DNA of 64,000 nt from NCBI GenBank assembly GCA_963702895.1, contig OY969767.1, positions 448,001 to 512,000 on the forward strand. The letters run 5' to 3'. Positions 18,751 through 29,021 of the stretch are shown piece after piece. A program made the position numbers and the translations under genes. The notes beneath the pieces are model-generated. The model worked only from the letters and a program-made list of their open reading frames with translations. It was not told the origin of the DNA and searched no databases. Positions within the stretch are counted from its first letter, which is position 1. Each line of letters begins with the position of its first letter. Origin of the DNA: an uncultured Elusimicrobia bacterium. GTDB taxonomy: Bacteria; Elusimicrobiota; Elusimicrobia; 2-01-FULL-59-12.

Positions 18751-20202
18751 GTGGACCCTGTCTCCTTAGCCCGGGAGGCCGCCCGCGACTGGCGAGGCCG
18801 GCCCCTTTCCGAGCGCCTCACCTTCTTCAAACGCCTGCGGCTGGTCCTCGCGCGGGATCGCGAACAGCTGGCGCACGAGCTCAGCCAAACGGCAGGCATG
18901 GTCCCTATGGAAGCGCTCTTGAGCGAGCTCTTCCCTGTCCTTGACCTGTTGAAGTACTACGAACGAGAGGCGCCCCGCATCTTGCGCCCGCGGACCCTGG
19001 GCTCGTCGATGAACTACCCTCACACGAAGGCCGAAACGCGCTACCGTCCTTACGGCGTCGTGCTGGTGGTGGCGCCCTCCAACTTCCCTTTCCAGCTTTC
19101 CATTGTCCCGGCCCTCTCGGCCGCCCTGGCGGGGAACGCGGTCGTCGTCAAAGTTTCCGAACTGCGGCCCGGGGTCACTCCGCTTCTGCGGGCTTGTGTC
19201 GAAAAAGCAGGCTTCCCCCCGAACCTTATTCAGTTTCTGGATGGAGGCGCCGAGACCGTGCGGGGATTGATCGGCGCTGGTCCCGACAAAATCTTTTTCA
19301 CGGGCGGTGAGCGCGCGGCGCGAGAGATCCTCAAAGAGGCCGCGGAACGCCTCATCCCCGCGGATATGGAGCTGGGAGGAAGCGATCCCATGATCGTGTT
19401 GGACGACGCGGACCTGGAGCGCGCCAGCCGCGGAGCGGTGTACGGGTCATTCTGCAACTCGGGCCAGGTCTGTGTGTCCGCCCGGCGCCTCTTTGTCCAG
19501 GCCTCCGTTTATGACGCCTTTTTAAGCCGCGTGCTCAAAGAAGTCCCGACGCTGCGGCAGGGACCCGGACTCGAATCGGAACTACCGCGCTTAATTTCGC
19601 CCCAGAGCGTGGATCGCTTGAAAAGCCTGGTGGAAGAGGCCGTGCGCGAAGGCGCCCGTTTGCTCACGCCCTGGCAATGGAAAGACGGTTTCCTGGCGCC
19701 GCTCGTCCTGGCGGACGTTGCGCCCGGCATGCGGATGATGAAAGAAGAAGTCTTCGGTCCTCTCATGATGCTCGCGCCCTTTCGCCAGGACGACGAGGCC
19801 ATCGCCCTGGCCAACGCGAGCCCCTTTGGACTCAACGCCAGCGTGTGGAGCCGCAACCTGAAGCGCGCTCAGGCGGTCGCGGCCCGGCTCGAAGCGGGCA
19901 GCTGCGCGATTAATGACGTTCTCAAGAACATCGGCCGCCCCGAGCTCCCGTTTGGCGGGGTAAAGAAGAGCGGCTTCGGCCGTTACCATGGGCCGGAAGG
20001 GCTTCTGGCCTTCTCGCAGACCTACGCGGTCGTCGAAAACAGCGCCCGGTCGTCTTCGGAGGTGAATTGGTTCCCTTATTCCGCGGAACGGTTCCGCCAC
20101 CTCTCGAATTTCATGGCGCTGCGGTTCGGCGAAGGCTCTTTCCTGGGCAAGATGTGGCGGTACCGTGAAACACTCCGATACTTCCGGGAGGTCATGAAAT
20201 GA
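18751..20202 (+). CDS. Aldehyde dehydrogenase (diapolycopenedial oxidation by context)
   Basis: ELGGSD, NSGQVC, EEVFGP, PFGGVKKSGFGR; sits between crtN and crtNb. Confidence 0.85.
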   Translation: MDPVSLAREAARDWRGRPLSERLTFFKRLRLVLARDREQLAHELSQTAGMVPMEALLSELFPVLDLLKYYEREAPRILRPRTLGSSMNYPHTKAETRYRPYGVVLVVAPSNFPFQLSIVPALSAALAGNAVVVKVSELRPGVTPLLRACVEKAGFPPNLIQFLDGGAETVRGLIGAGPDKIFFTGGERAAREILKEAAERLIPADMELGGSDPMIVLDDADLERASRGAVYGSFCNSGQVCVSARRLFVQASVYDAFLSRVLKEVPTLRQGPGLESELPRLISPQSVDRLKSLVEEAVREGARLLTPWQWKDGFLAPLVLADVAPGMRMMKEEVFGPLMMLAPFRQDDEAIALANASPFGLNASVWSRNLKRAQAVAARLEAGSCAINDVLKNIGRPELPFGGVKKSGFGRYHGPEGLLAFSQTYAVVENSARSSSEVNWFPYSAERFRHLSNFMALRFGEGSFLGKMWRYRETLRYFREVMK

Positions 20203-21704
20203 TTCCACGAAAAGAAAAGGTTGTCGTCATCGGCGGGGGGCTGGGCGGCCTGTCGGCCGCGATTTCGTTGGCGACGGAGGGCTTTTCGGTCCGACTTCTT
20301 GAGAAAAACGACAAGCTCGGCGGCAAACTCAACGTCCTCACCAAAGACGGCTTCACCTTCGACCTGGGGCCTTCCATTCTCACACTGCCCCATTTCTTCC
20401 GGCGTTTGTTCGAAAAGGCGGGACGCCGGATGCAGGATTACGTCAAAATCTTCGAGCTCCAGCCGCATTGGCGCAACTTTTTCGAAGACGGCGCAGTGAT
20501 CGACCTCTCGTCCGACATGCGGGTGATGGAGGATGAACTCCGCAAAGTCACCCCGGAAGAGGCGCGCGGCTTCTACGCTTTTCTCGACTACTCCCGCAAG
20601 CTCTACGCGCTCACCGACTCCGGCTATTTCGAGAAGGGGCTGGAATCCTTCGGCGAACTCGTGCGCCATTACGGCATGAGGCAGAGCCTCGGCTTTGACG
20701 CCTTCCGGACGCTCGATGCCGGTGTCCGGCGGTTTGTCCCGGCGGGCAAGCTCGCCGACATTCTCAATTACTTCATCAAGTACGTGGGCTCGTCCCCGTA
20801 CGATGCGCCCGCCCTTTTGAACCTGATCCCGTACGCCCAATTCGGATACGGACTCTGGTATGTCGAGGGAGGGATGTACGCGCTCGCGGGCGCCTTGCAG
20901 AAGCTGGCGGGGGAGCTGGGGGTGACCTGCACGGTCGGCGAGGAAGTCTCAGAGATTCTCCAGGCCGGCTCCCGGGCCACGGGCGTACGCACCCGGAGCG
21001 GAAGCGTGATCGCCGCCGACATCGTGGTCTCCAACATGGAAGTGATCCCGGCGCACGAACGCTTGCTGAAGACGCCGCCGGCCCTCATGGCCCGTCTGGA
21101 GCGTTTCGCCCCCTCGTGTTCCGGATTTGTCCTGCATTTAGGGGTCCGCCGCCAGTATCCGCACCTGGCGCACCACAATTTCTTCTATTCCCGGGATTCG
21201 AAAAAACATTTCCGCACCATCTTCCACGACCACACGCTGTCCCAGGATCCCACCATTTATCTCGTCGCGCCCACCCGGACGGATCCCGCGCAGGCGCCGG
21301 CCGGGTGTGACGTCATCAAGATTCTGCCGCATATCCCGTCCCTGGACGCGCAACATCCTTTCAGTTCTGCCGACTTTCAGGCTTACCGGGAACGGGTGCT
21401 AACAAAACTCGAACGCATGGGCCTCACGGATTTGCGCAAGTCCATCGTGTGCGAGGACCAATGGACGCCGGCCGATATTCAGGCGCGCTATTACTCGAAC
21501 AAAGGCTCGATCTACGGCGTCCTCTCCGATCGCTGGAAGAACCTCGGTTTTAAGGCGCCCCGGCGCAGCCCGCTGTGCCCCAACGTCTATTTTGTGGGCG
21601 GAAGCGTGAACCCCGGCGGCGGCATGCCGATGGTGGTGCTCTCCGGCCAGCTCGTCCGGGACAAAATCCTTCAGGACCTCTCTGGCGGCCGGCCTTCCAC
21701 TTAA
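20199..21704 (+). CDS. crtP: Diapolycopene oxygenase (CrtNb/CrtP)
   Basis: GLGGLSAAISLA, FDLGPSILT, GGSVNPGGGMPMV. Confidence 0.82.
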   Translation: MIPRKEKVVVIGGGLGGLSAAISLATEGFSVRLLEKNDKLGGKLNVLTKDGFTFDLGPSILTLPHFFRRLFEKAGRRMQDYVKIFELQPHWRNFFEDGAVIDLSSDMRVMEDELRKVTPEEARGFYAFLDYSRKLYALTDSGYFEKGLESFGELVRHYGMRQSLGFDAFRTLDAGVRRFVPAGKLADILNYFIKYVGSSPYDAPALLNLIPYAQFGYGLWYVEGGMYALAGALQKLAGELGVTCTVGEEVSEILQAGSRATGVRTRSGSVIAADIVVSNMEVIPAHERLLKTPPALMARLERFAPSCSGFVLHLGVRRQYPHLAHHNFFYSRDSKKHFRTIFHDHTLSQDPTIYLVAPTRTDPAQAPAGCDVIKILPHIPSLDAQHPFSSADFQAYRERVLTKLERMGLTDLRKSIVCEDQWTPADIQARYYSNKGSIYGVLSDRWKNLGFKAPRRSPLCPNVYFVGGSVNPGGGMPMVVLSGQLVRDKILQDLSGGRPST

Positions 21705-22157
21705 ATGCGCGTTGGCGTTCGTTCGTGGCGCTTGGGAGCCCTCCTCGCCGTGACCTCGATGGCCCTGGGTCAAACCCATCCCGAAGCCGGCAACCTCACC
21801 GTGACCGTGGAAGGCCTCCTTCCCAAGACCGGCCTTGTGCGCGTCGCCTTGTTCCAATCCGCGGACGGCTTTCCAGGAAACACGAACAAGGCTTTCTCGA
21901 TCACCCGGGCGGCTGTCACATCGAGCCGGGAGACCCTCACATTCGAGAATATCCCTTATGGATCCTACGCCATCAGCGTCTACCAGGATTTGAACAAGGA
22001 CCATCGGTTGAACAAATCATTTTTCGGGATTCCCAAAGAACCGGTCGGGTTTTCCAATGACCCGCCCATGAGAAAAGGGCCGCCGCATTTTGAGGACGCT
22101 GTCTTCCTCTTCAAGGATCCGTCGAAGACAGCCATGGTTCACCTCAGGACGCGATAA
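21705..22157 (+). CDS. DUF2141 family exported protein
   Basis: Signal peptide; GSYAISVYQDLN..GIPKEPVGFSN. Confidence 0.85.
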   Translation: MRVGVRSWRLGALLAVTSMALGQTHPEAGNLTVTVEGLLPKTGLVRVALFQSADGFPGNTNKAFSITRAAVTSSRETLTFENIPYGSYAISVYQDLNKDHRLNKSFFGIPKEPVGFSNDPPMRKGPPHFEDAVFLFKDPSKTAMVHLRTR

Positions 22158-23290
22158 TGCCGGATTGGGCTCACTCCTTCCTCGCGCTTGACCTTAGCCT
22201 GTGGCTTCACGCGTCGTTTTGGATCGTTGGTTTTCTGGTCCTTTTTCGAATACGCGCCTTGGGGGATTCTCGGGGAAGCATACCGCCCGGGAAACCTTCC
22301 GTGTCGGTGATTATTCCCGCGCGAAATGAGGCGGAACGCCTGCCGCCCCTTTTGGATTCGCTTCAGCGCCAATCGGCCCCGCCGTTGGAAATTCTCGTGG
22401 TGGACGACCACTCCACAGATGGCACCGCTCTCCTGGCGGCAGGCAGGGGCGCCAGCGTTCTTTCCTCCCAAGCGCTCCCTGAAACGTGGCTGGGAAAACC
22501 CTGGGCTTGTTATCAAGGGGCTCTTCGCGCCAAGGGGGATCTGCTCATTTTTCTCGACGCGGACGTCGTGCTCGAAAAAACGGGACTCGAGAAAATAGCC
22601 GCCGCCCAGCATCAGAGCGGTGGTGCCCTCTCTGTCCTCCCTTATCACACGGTGCAGACAGCGGCAGAACAATTCTCCGCCTTTTTCAATCTCATTCAGG
22701 CCGCCGGCTCCAATGCGTTCACCTTGATGGGCCCTCGGGTCACTCATCCACGCCCCTTTGGCCCGGTGCTGGTGGTTTCCAAAAAGGATTATTTGAAATT
22801 CGGTGGACACGAGGCCGTCAAAGGCAGTGTGGTCGAGAACTATTCGCTCGCCGAACATCTTCGCCAGCACAAGATCCCCTTAACCTGTTATGTGGGAGAG
22901 AAAGCCGTCAATTTCAGGATGTATGCAGGAGGCCTACGGGACATCGTGGCTGGCTGGAACAAGTCTTTTTCGTCGGGAGCCAAGGGAACGCCGCCGGGCG
23001 TCCTCATTGGCCTTTGCCTCTGGCTGACGGGTTGCTTGGGAACGGCCCGGCACCTGGGGACCTCCCTTGGGATGGGAAGAACCGGGGAACTCCCCTTGCT
23101 CCTGTTCTTCTATGGCCTGTATGTCTTTCAAATTCGCCGGTGGCTGAACCAACTGGGGACGTTTCATTTTCTCACCTCCCTCTTCTTCCCCATCCCCGCG
23201 GTCTTTTTTGTTCTGGTGTTTGTGAAGTCCGCTGTTTCCTCGATGATGCATCGACCCTCGACCTGGAAAGGGAGACACATTCCTTCATGA
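22157..23290 (+). CDS. crtQ: GT2 glycosyltransferase (CrtQ-like)
   Basis: IIPARNE, DDHSTD, WLGKPWAC, FLDAD, FRMY; operon context. Confidence 0.8.
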   Translation: MPDWAHSFLALDLSLWLHASFWIVGFLVLFRIRALGDSRGSIPPGKPSVSVIIPARNEAERLPPLLDSLQRQSAPPLEILVVDDHSTDGTALLAAGRGASVLSSQALPETWLGKPWACYQGALRAKGDLLIFLDADVVLEKTGLEKIAAAQHQSGGALSVLPYHTVQTAAEQFSAFFNLIQAAGSNAFTLMGPRVTHPRPFGPVLVVSKKDYLKFGGHEAVKGSVVENYSLAEHLRQHKIPLTCYVGEKAVNFRMYAGGLRDIVAGWNKSFSSGAKGTPPGVLIGLCLWLTGCLGTARHLGTSLGMGRTGELPLLLFFYGLYVFQIRRWLNQLGTFHFLTSLFFPIPAVFFVLVFVKSAVSSMMHRPSTWKGRHIPS

Positions 23291-23760
23291 GAATGATCGT
23301 GCTTTCCACGTCCGCCACGATCATTGTGGACGTGTGCGCCTGGCTTCTCCTGCACATCGGCATTTCCAAATGGCTGACCGGCTGGGACGTAAGCCGTTTC
23401 AATCCCGGCCGCTGGCTTTACCGGGAACGCCGCTGGGAAGAGGGAGGCCTGTTCTACAAAAGAGTGTTCCGGGTTCAGCGTTGGAAAAAATGGCTGCCCG
23501 ACGCGGCCCCCTGGTTCAAGGGCGGATTGGCCAAGAAAAACCTTCCTCCCTTGTCGAGAGATTCCCTTGAAAGGTTTATTGTTGAAACCTGCCGGGGAGA
23601 ATTGGCCCACTGGATTTCAATGGGAATGGCTCCGATCTTCTTTTTCTGGAACCTCCCCTGGGTGGGGGGACTGATGATCCTTTATGCGCTGGCCGCCAAC
23701 CTGCCTTGCATCATCACCCAACGCTATAACCGAGTTCGTCTTTCACATCTTCTGGAGTAA
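23287..23760 (+). CDS. crtO: Glycosyl-diaponeurosporenoate acyltransferase (CrtO-like)
   Basis: WKKWLPD, ETCRGELAHW, NLPCIITQRYNR; ATGA overlap with crtQ. Confidence 0.85.
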   Translation: MRMIVLSTSATIIVDVCAWLLLHIGISKWLTGWDVSRFNPGRWLYRERRWEEGGLFYKRVFRVQRWKKWLPDAAPWFKGGLAKKNLPPLSRDSLERFIVETCRGELAHWISMGMAPIFFFWNLPWVGGLMILYALAANLPCIITQRYNRVRLSHLLE

Positions 23761-23782
23761 CCGGGGTCAGGATTCTCTGAGA

Positions 23783-24183
<401 letters not shown>

Positions 24184-24230
24184 CGACGATCTTGTCCAAC
24201 TCCGCCGCATTCCAAAGAAGTGGGCGTTAG

Positions 24231-24734
24231 ATGAAAAAACGCATCGTCGTCAACGACCGGATGCAGTGGAATTATGCCTACGATCGCACCGAGCCGGTAG
24301 GCCGCCATTTTGCTCCCGACTTTAGCCCCGAACTCACCCCCAAGCAAATGCTCCGGCTCGGAGTCTTTGGCGGCAAGTACATGACCGACTGCCGGAAGGA
24401 ATTTCCAGCGGACGGGTTCGCCCGCGCCAAACTCTCCCCGGACCGGCGTGATCCCGACCTGAATTATTTTGAAGTGAACGCCTCCCAGCCGTTATCGGCG
24501 TGGCGGCAAAACGGCTGGATCCATCCGGAGGATCCGCGAGGCTGGTTTCAGTGGTATTGCCGCTATTACATGGGCAGGCGCTGCGAGGATGATGCGCGGC
24601 AGATTCAACGGTGGAAGGCCATCCGCCGGCACATCGCCCAGCTCAAGAAACATTGCCCTCCCGGCGCGCTCCACTGCCGCCGCCGGCAGCGCCAGGTGTT
24701 GCTCCACTGGGCCTATGACTCAAGGCGAATCTGA
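24231..24734 (+). CDS. Conserved hypothetical protein
   Basis: LTPKQML.LGVFGGKY, DPRGWFQWYCRYYMGRR, RQ.LLHWAYD. Confidence 0.75.
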   Translation: MKKRIVVNDRMQWNYAYDRTEPVGRHFAPDFSPELTPKQMLRLGVFGGKYMTDCRKEFPADGFARAKLSPDRRDPDLNYFEVNASQPLSAWRQNGWIHPEDPRGWFQWYCRYYMGRRCEDDARQIQRWKAIRRHIAQLKKHCPPGALHCRRRQRQVLLHWAYDSRRI

Positions 24735-24812
24735 CCTGGAGAAGCGTATAATCTTAAAGAACGAACGAAAAAGCATTCAGGGGTCTTCAAGGGATCCCTA
24801 CAGGAGGTGGCC

Positions 24813-25247
24813 ATGAATCAGAAGATTCTGCAGCGGTTGGAACGCTTTGAGAATGTCATCATTGTCGCGCTGATCGGTTTGATGGTTCTGGTGGTGGGAC
24901 TCTCCACCGTGGAACTGGCGGTCGTTCTGGGCCGGGATATCTTGTACAGCCCGTGGCATTTGCCGGGAATCACGGAGTTGCTCGAGATTTTCGGCATGTT
25001 CTTGCTCGTGCTCTTGGGCCTGGAGCTTTTGGAGGTCATCAAGGCGTATCTCGTCGAGCATGCGATCCATGTGGAGATCGTGATGGTCGTGGCGCTCATC
25101 GCCATCGCCCGGAAAGTGATTATCCTGGATTTGAAGTCGACCCAAGCCATGATGCTTCTGGCCATTGGAGTCATTATTCTGACGCTCTCGATCGGTTACT
25201 ATCTGATCGCCAAAGTGCATCAGGGTCGACACCCCCCGAAATCCTAA
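24813..25247 (+). CDS. PsiE family membrane protein
   Basis: Four TM segments; LGLELLE..K.Y..VALIAIARKVIILD; RBS ggagg. Confidence 0.85.
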   Translation: MNQKILQRLERFENVIIVALIGLMVLVVGLSTVELAVVLGRDILYSPWHLPGITELLEIFGMFLLVLLGLELLEVIKAYLVEHAIHVEIVMVVALIAIARKVIILDLKSTQAMMLLAIGVIILTLSIGYYLIAKVHQGRHPPKS

Positions 25248-25259
25248 TAGAGGAGATCT

Positions 25260-27989
25260 GTGATGGAACGCATCATTGGAAAACATTGGCACCATTTGCC
25301 ATTCTCCGAAGTGGCCCAGCTTTTGGGTACGAGCGTCGAGCGGGGGCTTCCCCTTTTTGAGGTCCATCACCGCCAGGCCCAGTTCGGTCCCAATGAAGTG
25401 ACCGCCAAGAAGCCCCGCAGCGCTTGGCGCGCCTTTGTCTCCCAGTTCGCCCAGCCGCTCGTGTACCTCCTGGTCGTGGCCTCCGTGGTGACCGCGGTCT
25501 TGGCGCATTATGTGGATGCGGGGGTCATCTTTGGCGTGGTCTTCATCAATGCCATCGTGGGCTATCTTCAGGAGTCGAAGGCGGAAGCCGCCGTTGAATC
25601 GCTTAAAAGCATGGTCTTGACCGAGGCGACCGTCCTGCGTGACGGGACCAAGCGCCGCGTCTCCTCCCGGGAACTGGTGCCCGGCGATTTCGTGATCCTC
25701 CAATCCGGCGACAAAGTCCCCGCGGATTTGCGCCTCGTCGAATGTAAGGACCTCCAGGTGGACGAATCGGCGCTCACCGGGGAGTCGGTGCCTGTTCTTA
25801 AACAAGTGGGCCAGATGTCTGTCGAAACGGTGCTGGCAGACCGGCGATGCATGGCTTACGCGGGGACTTGGGCGACCTACGGACAGGGCCGAGGAGTGGT
25901 CGTGGCGATTGGCAATCGCACCGAGAGCGGCCAGATCGCCGAAATGATTTCCCGGGCGACCGACCTTTCGACCCCGCTCACGCGCAAGATCGCTGAATTT
26001 AGCGGTGTTTTGCTTTATGTGATCGGAGGACTTGCGATTCTGACCTTCGGGGTTGGCATACTCCGCAAAGAGCCCATGATCGACATGTTCATGGCCTCGG
26101 TCGCTCTGGCCGTTGGGATGATCCCCGAAGGCCTGCCGGCCGCGGTGACGATTACGCTTGCGATCGGGGTCAAGCGTTTGGCGGGACGCCGCGCGATCAT
26201 CCGAAAACTCCCGGCTGTCGAAACCCTGGGCAGCACGACCGTCATTTGCTCCGATAAAACGGGAACCATGACACAAAACCAAATGACAACCCAGCGGGTG
26301 CGCAGCGCGGAGGGTTCCTTTGAAGTCACAGGAACCGGGTATGCGCCTGAAGGACGGCTCGAGCGTGCAGACGGCGCGCCCCTGGCTTCACTTCCCTCGG
26401 GCGTCCAGAAGGTGCTCATCGCCGGTGCCTTGTGCAACGACTCCCACATCTCCCAAGAAGGAGGGCTTTGGAAAGTTCAAGGTGATCCCACCGAGGCCGC
26501 GCTCCTCGTCGCGGCGCGCAAAGCGGGCCTTTCTCCTGAAGATTTGGCCCAGACCCTGCCGCGAATCGACGTCATCCCTTTTGAGTCGGATCGTCAGTAC
26601 ATGGCGACGCTGCATCAGGTCCAGTCCAAAGCATCCCACCGGGTGTACGTCAAAGGGGCCGTGGAGCGCGTCTTAGACCTCTGCGACCGGCAGTTCGGCG
26701 CTGCGGGAAAGGAAGAAAAGCTGGACCGTGCCGCTATTCTGCGGGACGTCGAAGCGTATGCCAAAGAAGGCTTTCGGGTCCTTGCATTCGCCGAAGCGCC
26801 TGCGGAGGCAGCCCACCCGTCACTCACGCAAGCGGCTTGGCAGGGCCATCTGATCTTCACGGGACTCCAGGCGCTCATGGACCCGGCTCGCCCCGAGGTG
26901 ATGGCGGCTGTGGCCGCCTGCCACTCGGCGGGCATTCAAGTCAAGATGATCACGGGGGACCATGCCCTCACCGCACAGGCGATCGCCGCACAGCTCGGGC
27001 TGCGTGGTGGCGGATCACCCGGCAAGCTCAAGGTCCTGACCGGCCAAGAGCTCGCCGAGCTCACCGATGAACAGCTCATGACCGTGGCCGAGGAGACCTC
27101 CGTCTTTGCGCGCGTTGATCCCGCACAAAAGCTCCGTCTTGTGGAAGCGCTCCAGGCCCGCGGACACGTCGTGGCCATGACGGGAGACGGCGTGAACGAT
27201 GCTCCCGCTCTCAAACAAGCCGAAATCGGAATTGCGATGGGAAAAGCAGGGACCGATGTCGCACGGGAGGCCGCGGACATGCTCCTCACGGACGACAACT
27301 TCGCCACGATCGAAGCCGCGGTGGAGGAAGGTCGTGGCGTCTTCAACAACCTGACCAAATTCATCATCTGGACCCTCCCGACCAATCTTGGGGAGGGTGC
27401 GCTGATCATGTTTGCCATCTTTCTCGGCCTGGAACTCCCGGTCACGCCGGTGCAGATCCTCTGGATCAACATGACCACGGCGCTCTTCCTTGGTTTGATG
27501 CTTGCTTTTGAGCCAGCCGAGCCGGGCATCATGCGCCTCCCCCCGCGTGATCCCAAACAGCCGATCCTCACCCAAGCCCTCGCCATGAGAATCTTTCTCG
27601 TAAGCGCTGTGATGGCCGTGGGCGGGTTCTGGATCTACGACCATATTGTCGAGGGGGGAGGAAACGTGGCCGAAGCCCGGACGATCGTGGTGAACGTGAT
27701 CGTTTTTGTTGAGCTTTTCTATCTCTTCAACTGCCGGTCGATCACACGTTCTCCCGTCGCGGTGGGGTTTTTCGCCAACCCATGGGTGATCTTTGGCTCT
27801 GTTGGGATGGCTCTTCTGCAGATTCTCCTCACGTATGTCCCGCTCATGAACCGCTGGTTCGACACAGCGCCCATCTCGGGTGAGGGGTGGCTCAAGGTGC
27901 TGGCCTTGAGCGCCGTAAGCTATATCGTCATTGATCTTGAAAAGAGAGCTTGGCCGCTCTGGGCCCGCCTGAAACCAAAGGGCGTCTGA
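25260..27989 (+). CDS. Cation-transporting P-type ATPase (type II)
   Basis: TGES, PEGL, DKTGT, TGDGVNDAP. Confidence 0.95.
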   Translation: MMERIIGKHWHHLPFSEVAQLLGTSVERGLPLFEVHHRQAQFGPNEVTAKKPRSAWRAFVSQFAQPLVYLLVVASVVTAVLAHYVDAGVIFGVVFINAIVGYLQESKAEAAVESLKSMVLTEATVLRDGTKRRVSSRELVPGDFVILQSGDKVPADLRLVECKDLQVDESALTGESVPVLKQVGQMSVETVLADRRCMAYAGTWATYGQGRGVVVAIGNRTESGQIAEMISRATDLSTPLTRKIAEFSGVLLYVIGGLAILTFGVGILRKEPMIDMFMASVALAVGMIPEGLPAAVTITLAIGVKRLAGRRAIIRKLPAVETLGSTTVICSDKTGTMTQNQMTTQRVRSAEGSFEVTGTGYAPEGRLERADGAPLASLPSGVQKVLIAGALCNDSHISQEGGLWKVQGDPTEAALLVAARKAGLSPEDLAQTLPRIDVIPFESDRQYMATLHQVQSKASHRVYVKGAVERVLDLCDRQFGAAGKEEKLDRAAILRDVEAYAKEGFRVLAFAEAPAEAAHPSLTQAAWQGHLIFTGLQALMDPARPEVMAAVAACHSAGIQVKMITGDHALTAQAIAAQLGLRGGGSPGKLKVLTGQELAELTDEQLMTVAEETSVFARVDPAQKLRLVEALQARGHVVAMTGDGVNDAPALKQAEIGIAMGKAGTDVAREAADMLLTDDNFATIEAAVEEGRGVFNNLTKFIIWTLPTNLGEGALIMFAIFLGLELPVTPVQILWINMTTALFLGLMLAFEPAEPGIMRLPPRDPKQPILTQALAMRIFLVSAVMAVGGFWIYDHIVEGGGNVAEARTIVVNVIVFVELFYLFNCRSITRSPVAVGFFANPWVIFGSVGMALLQILLTYVPLMNRWFDTAPISGEGWLKVLALSAVSYIVIDLEKRAWPLWARLKPKGV

Positions 27990-28022
27990 TTTTTCTGCGG
28001 CGATCATTCCGTCTGAAAGGAG

Positions 28023-28604
28023 ATGAAGAACATGGGGAAGGGACGACTGGAGGCTTTCAGCGATGGCGTGATTGCCATCATCATCACAATTATGGTGTTG
28101 GAGCTTAAAGTACCGCACGGGAGGGAGTTTTCGGAGCTTGCGCCGCTCGTGCCGGATCTTCTGAGCTACATCTTAAGTTTCGTTTATGTCGGGATCTACT
28201 GGAACAATCATCATCACATGCTGCAAGCGGTCCGCCAGGTCAACGGCCGGATCCTGTGGGCCAACCTCCACCTGCTCTTCTGGCTTTCCTTGGTCCCTTT
28301 TGTGACGCGTTGGATGGGGGAGTCGCATTTTGCCGTTTTGCCGGTCTCTCTCTACGGCATGGTCCTACTTATGGCCGCGATCGCCTATTTCATTCTGACG
28401 CGCTCCCTCATCCGGCATCACGGCAAAGATTCGGCGCTCGCCCTTGCCATTGGGAATGATTTCAAAGGAAAAGTTTCACTCGCCCTCTACGCGGTTGCCA
28501 TTCCTCTGGCTTATGCGAGCCCCTGGATTGCTGTTGGGCTTTATTGGCTTGTGGCTTTCATCTGGCTTGTGCCTGACCAACGCTTCGAGAAATCGATTCA
28601 CTAA
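28023..28604 (+). CDS. TMEM175 (DUF1211) family K+ channel
   Basis: RLEAFSDGVIAIIITIMVLE signature. Confidence 0.92.
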   Translation: MKNMGKGRLEAFSDGVIAIIITIMVLELKVPHGREFSELAPLVPDLLSYILSFVYVGIYWNNHHHMLQAVRQVNGRILWANLHLLFWLSLVPFVTRWMGESHFAVLPVSLYGMVLLMAAIAYFILTRSLIRHHGKDSALALAIGNDFKGKVSLALYAVAIPLAYASPWIAVGLYWLVAFIWLVPDQRFEKSIH

Positions 28605-29021
28605 CCCCACCCTCCACGACCAAGACAGCCTCTCCCCTCATGGCGGATGCCTCTCTATGGGCTGCTGCCGCTTCCTTTGCGCAAAGGGAGAGGTTGTGCT
28701 CACCGGGCTGCCAGACCCTCTTCGCTCAAGAAGCTTTAATACCGCGCGAGCAAGTGCCTTGGTCACCTTTCTTGCCCTAAGCATTCTCCGTGGTCCGATC
28801 GAGGCTTTCGTGACTCTGCTGGCGACCGTGGCGTTGGGGGCGGGCTTATACTTGGGGCTGAGGCTCGTTCAAGCATGGATGGGCCGTTTAGAACGGCCGC
28901 CTTTTTCTTCAAATCCTTCCCTTCACTTTCTTCAACAAGCCGCGTAACGGCCACATCGCTGAAGTCACGATTGGCGTTTCGGTCCCTTTGACGAAGTTGC
29001 GCTTAAGAGGAGGGAGGGAAC

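Noticed and set aside
22486..23286. N-terminal extension of the 424-aa ORF
   Set aside because: Overlaps crtQ in another frame; the CrtO-like part starts at ATG 23287.
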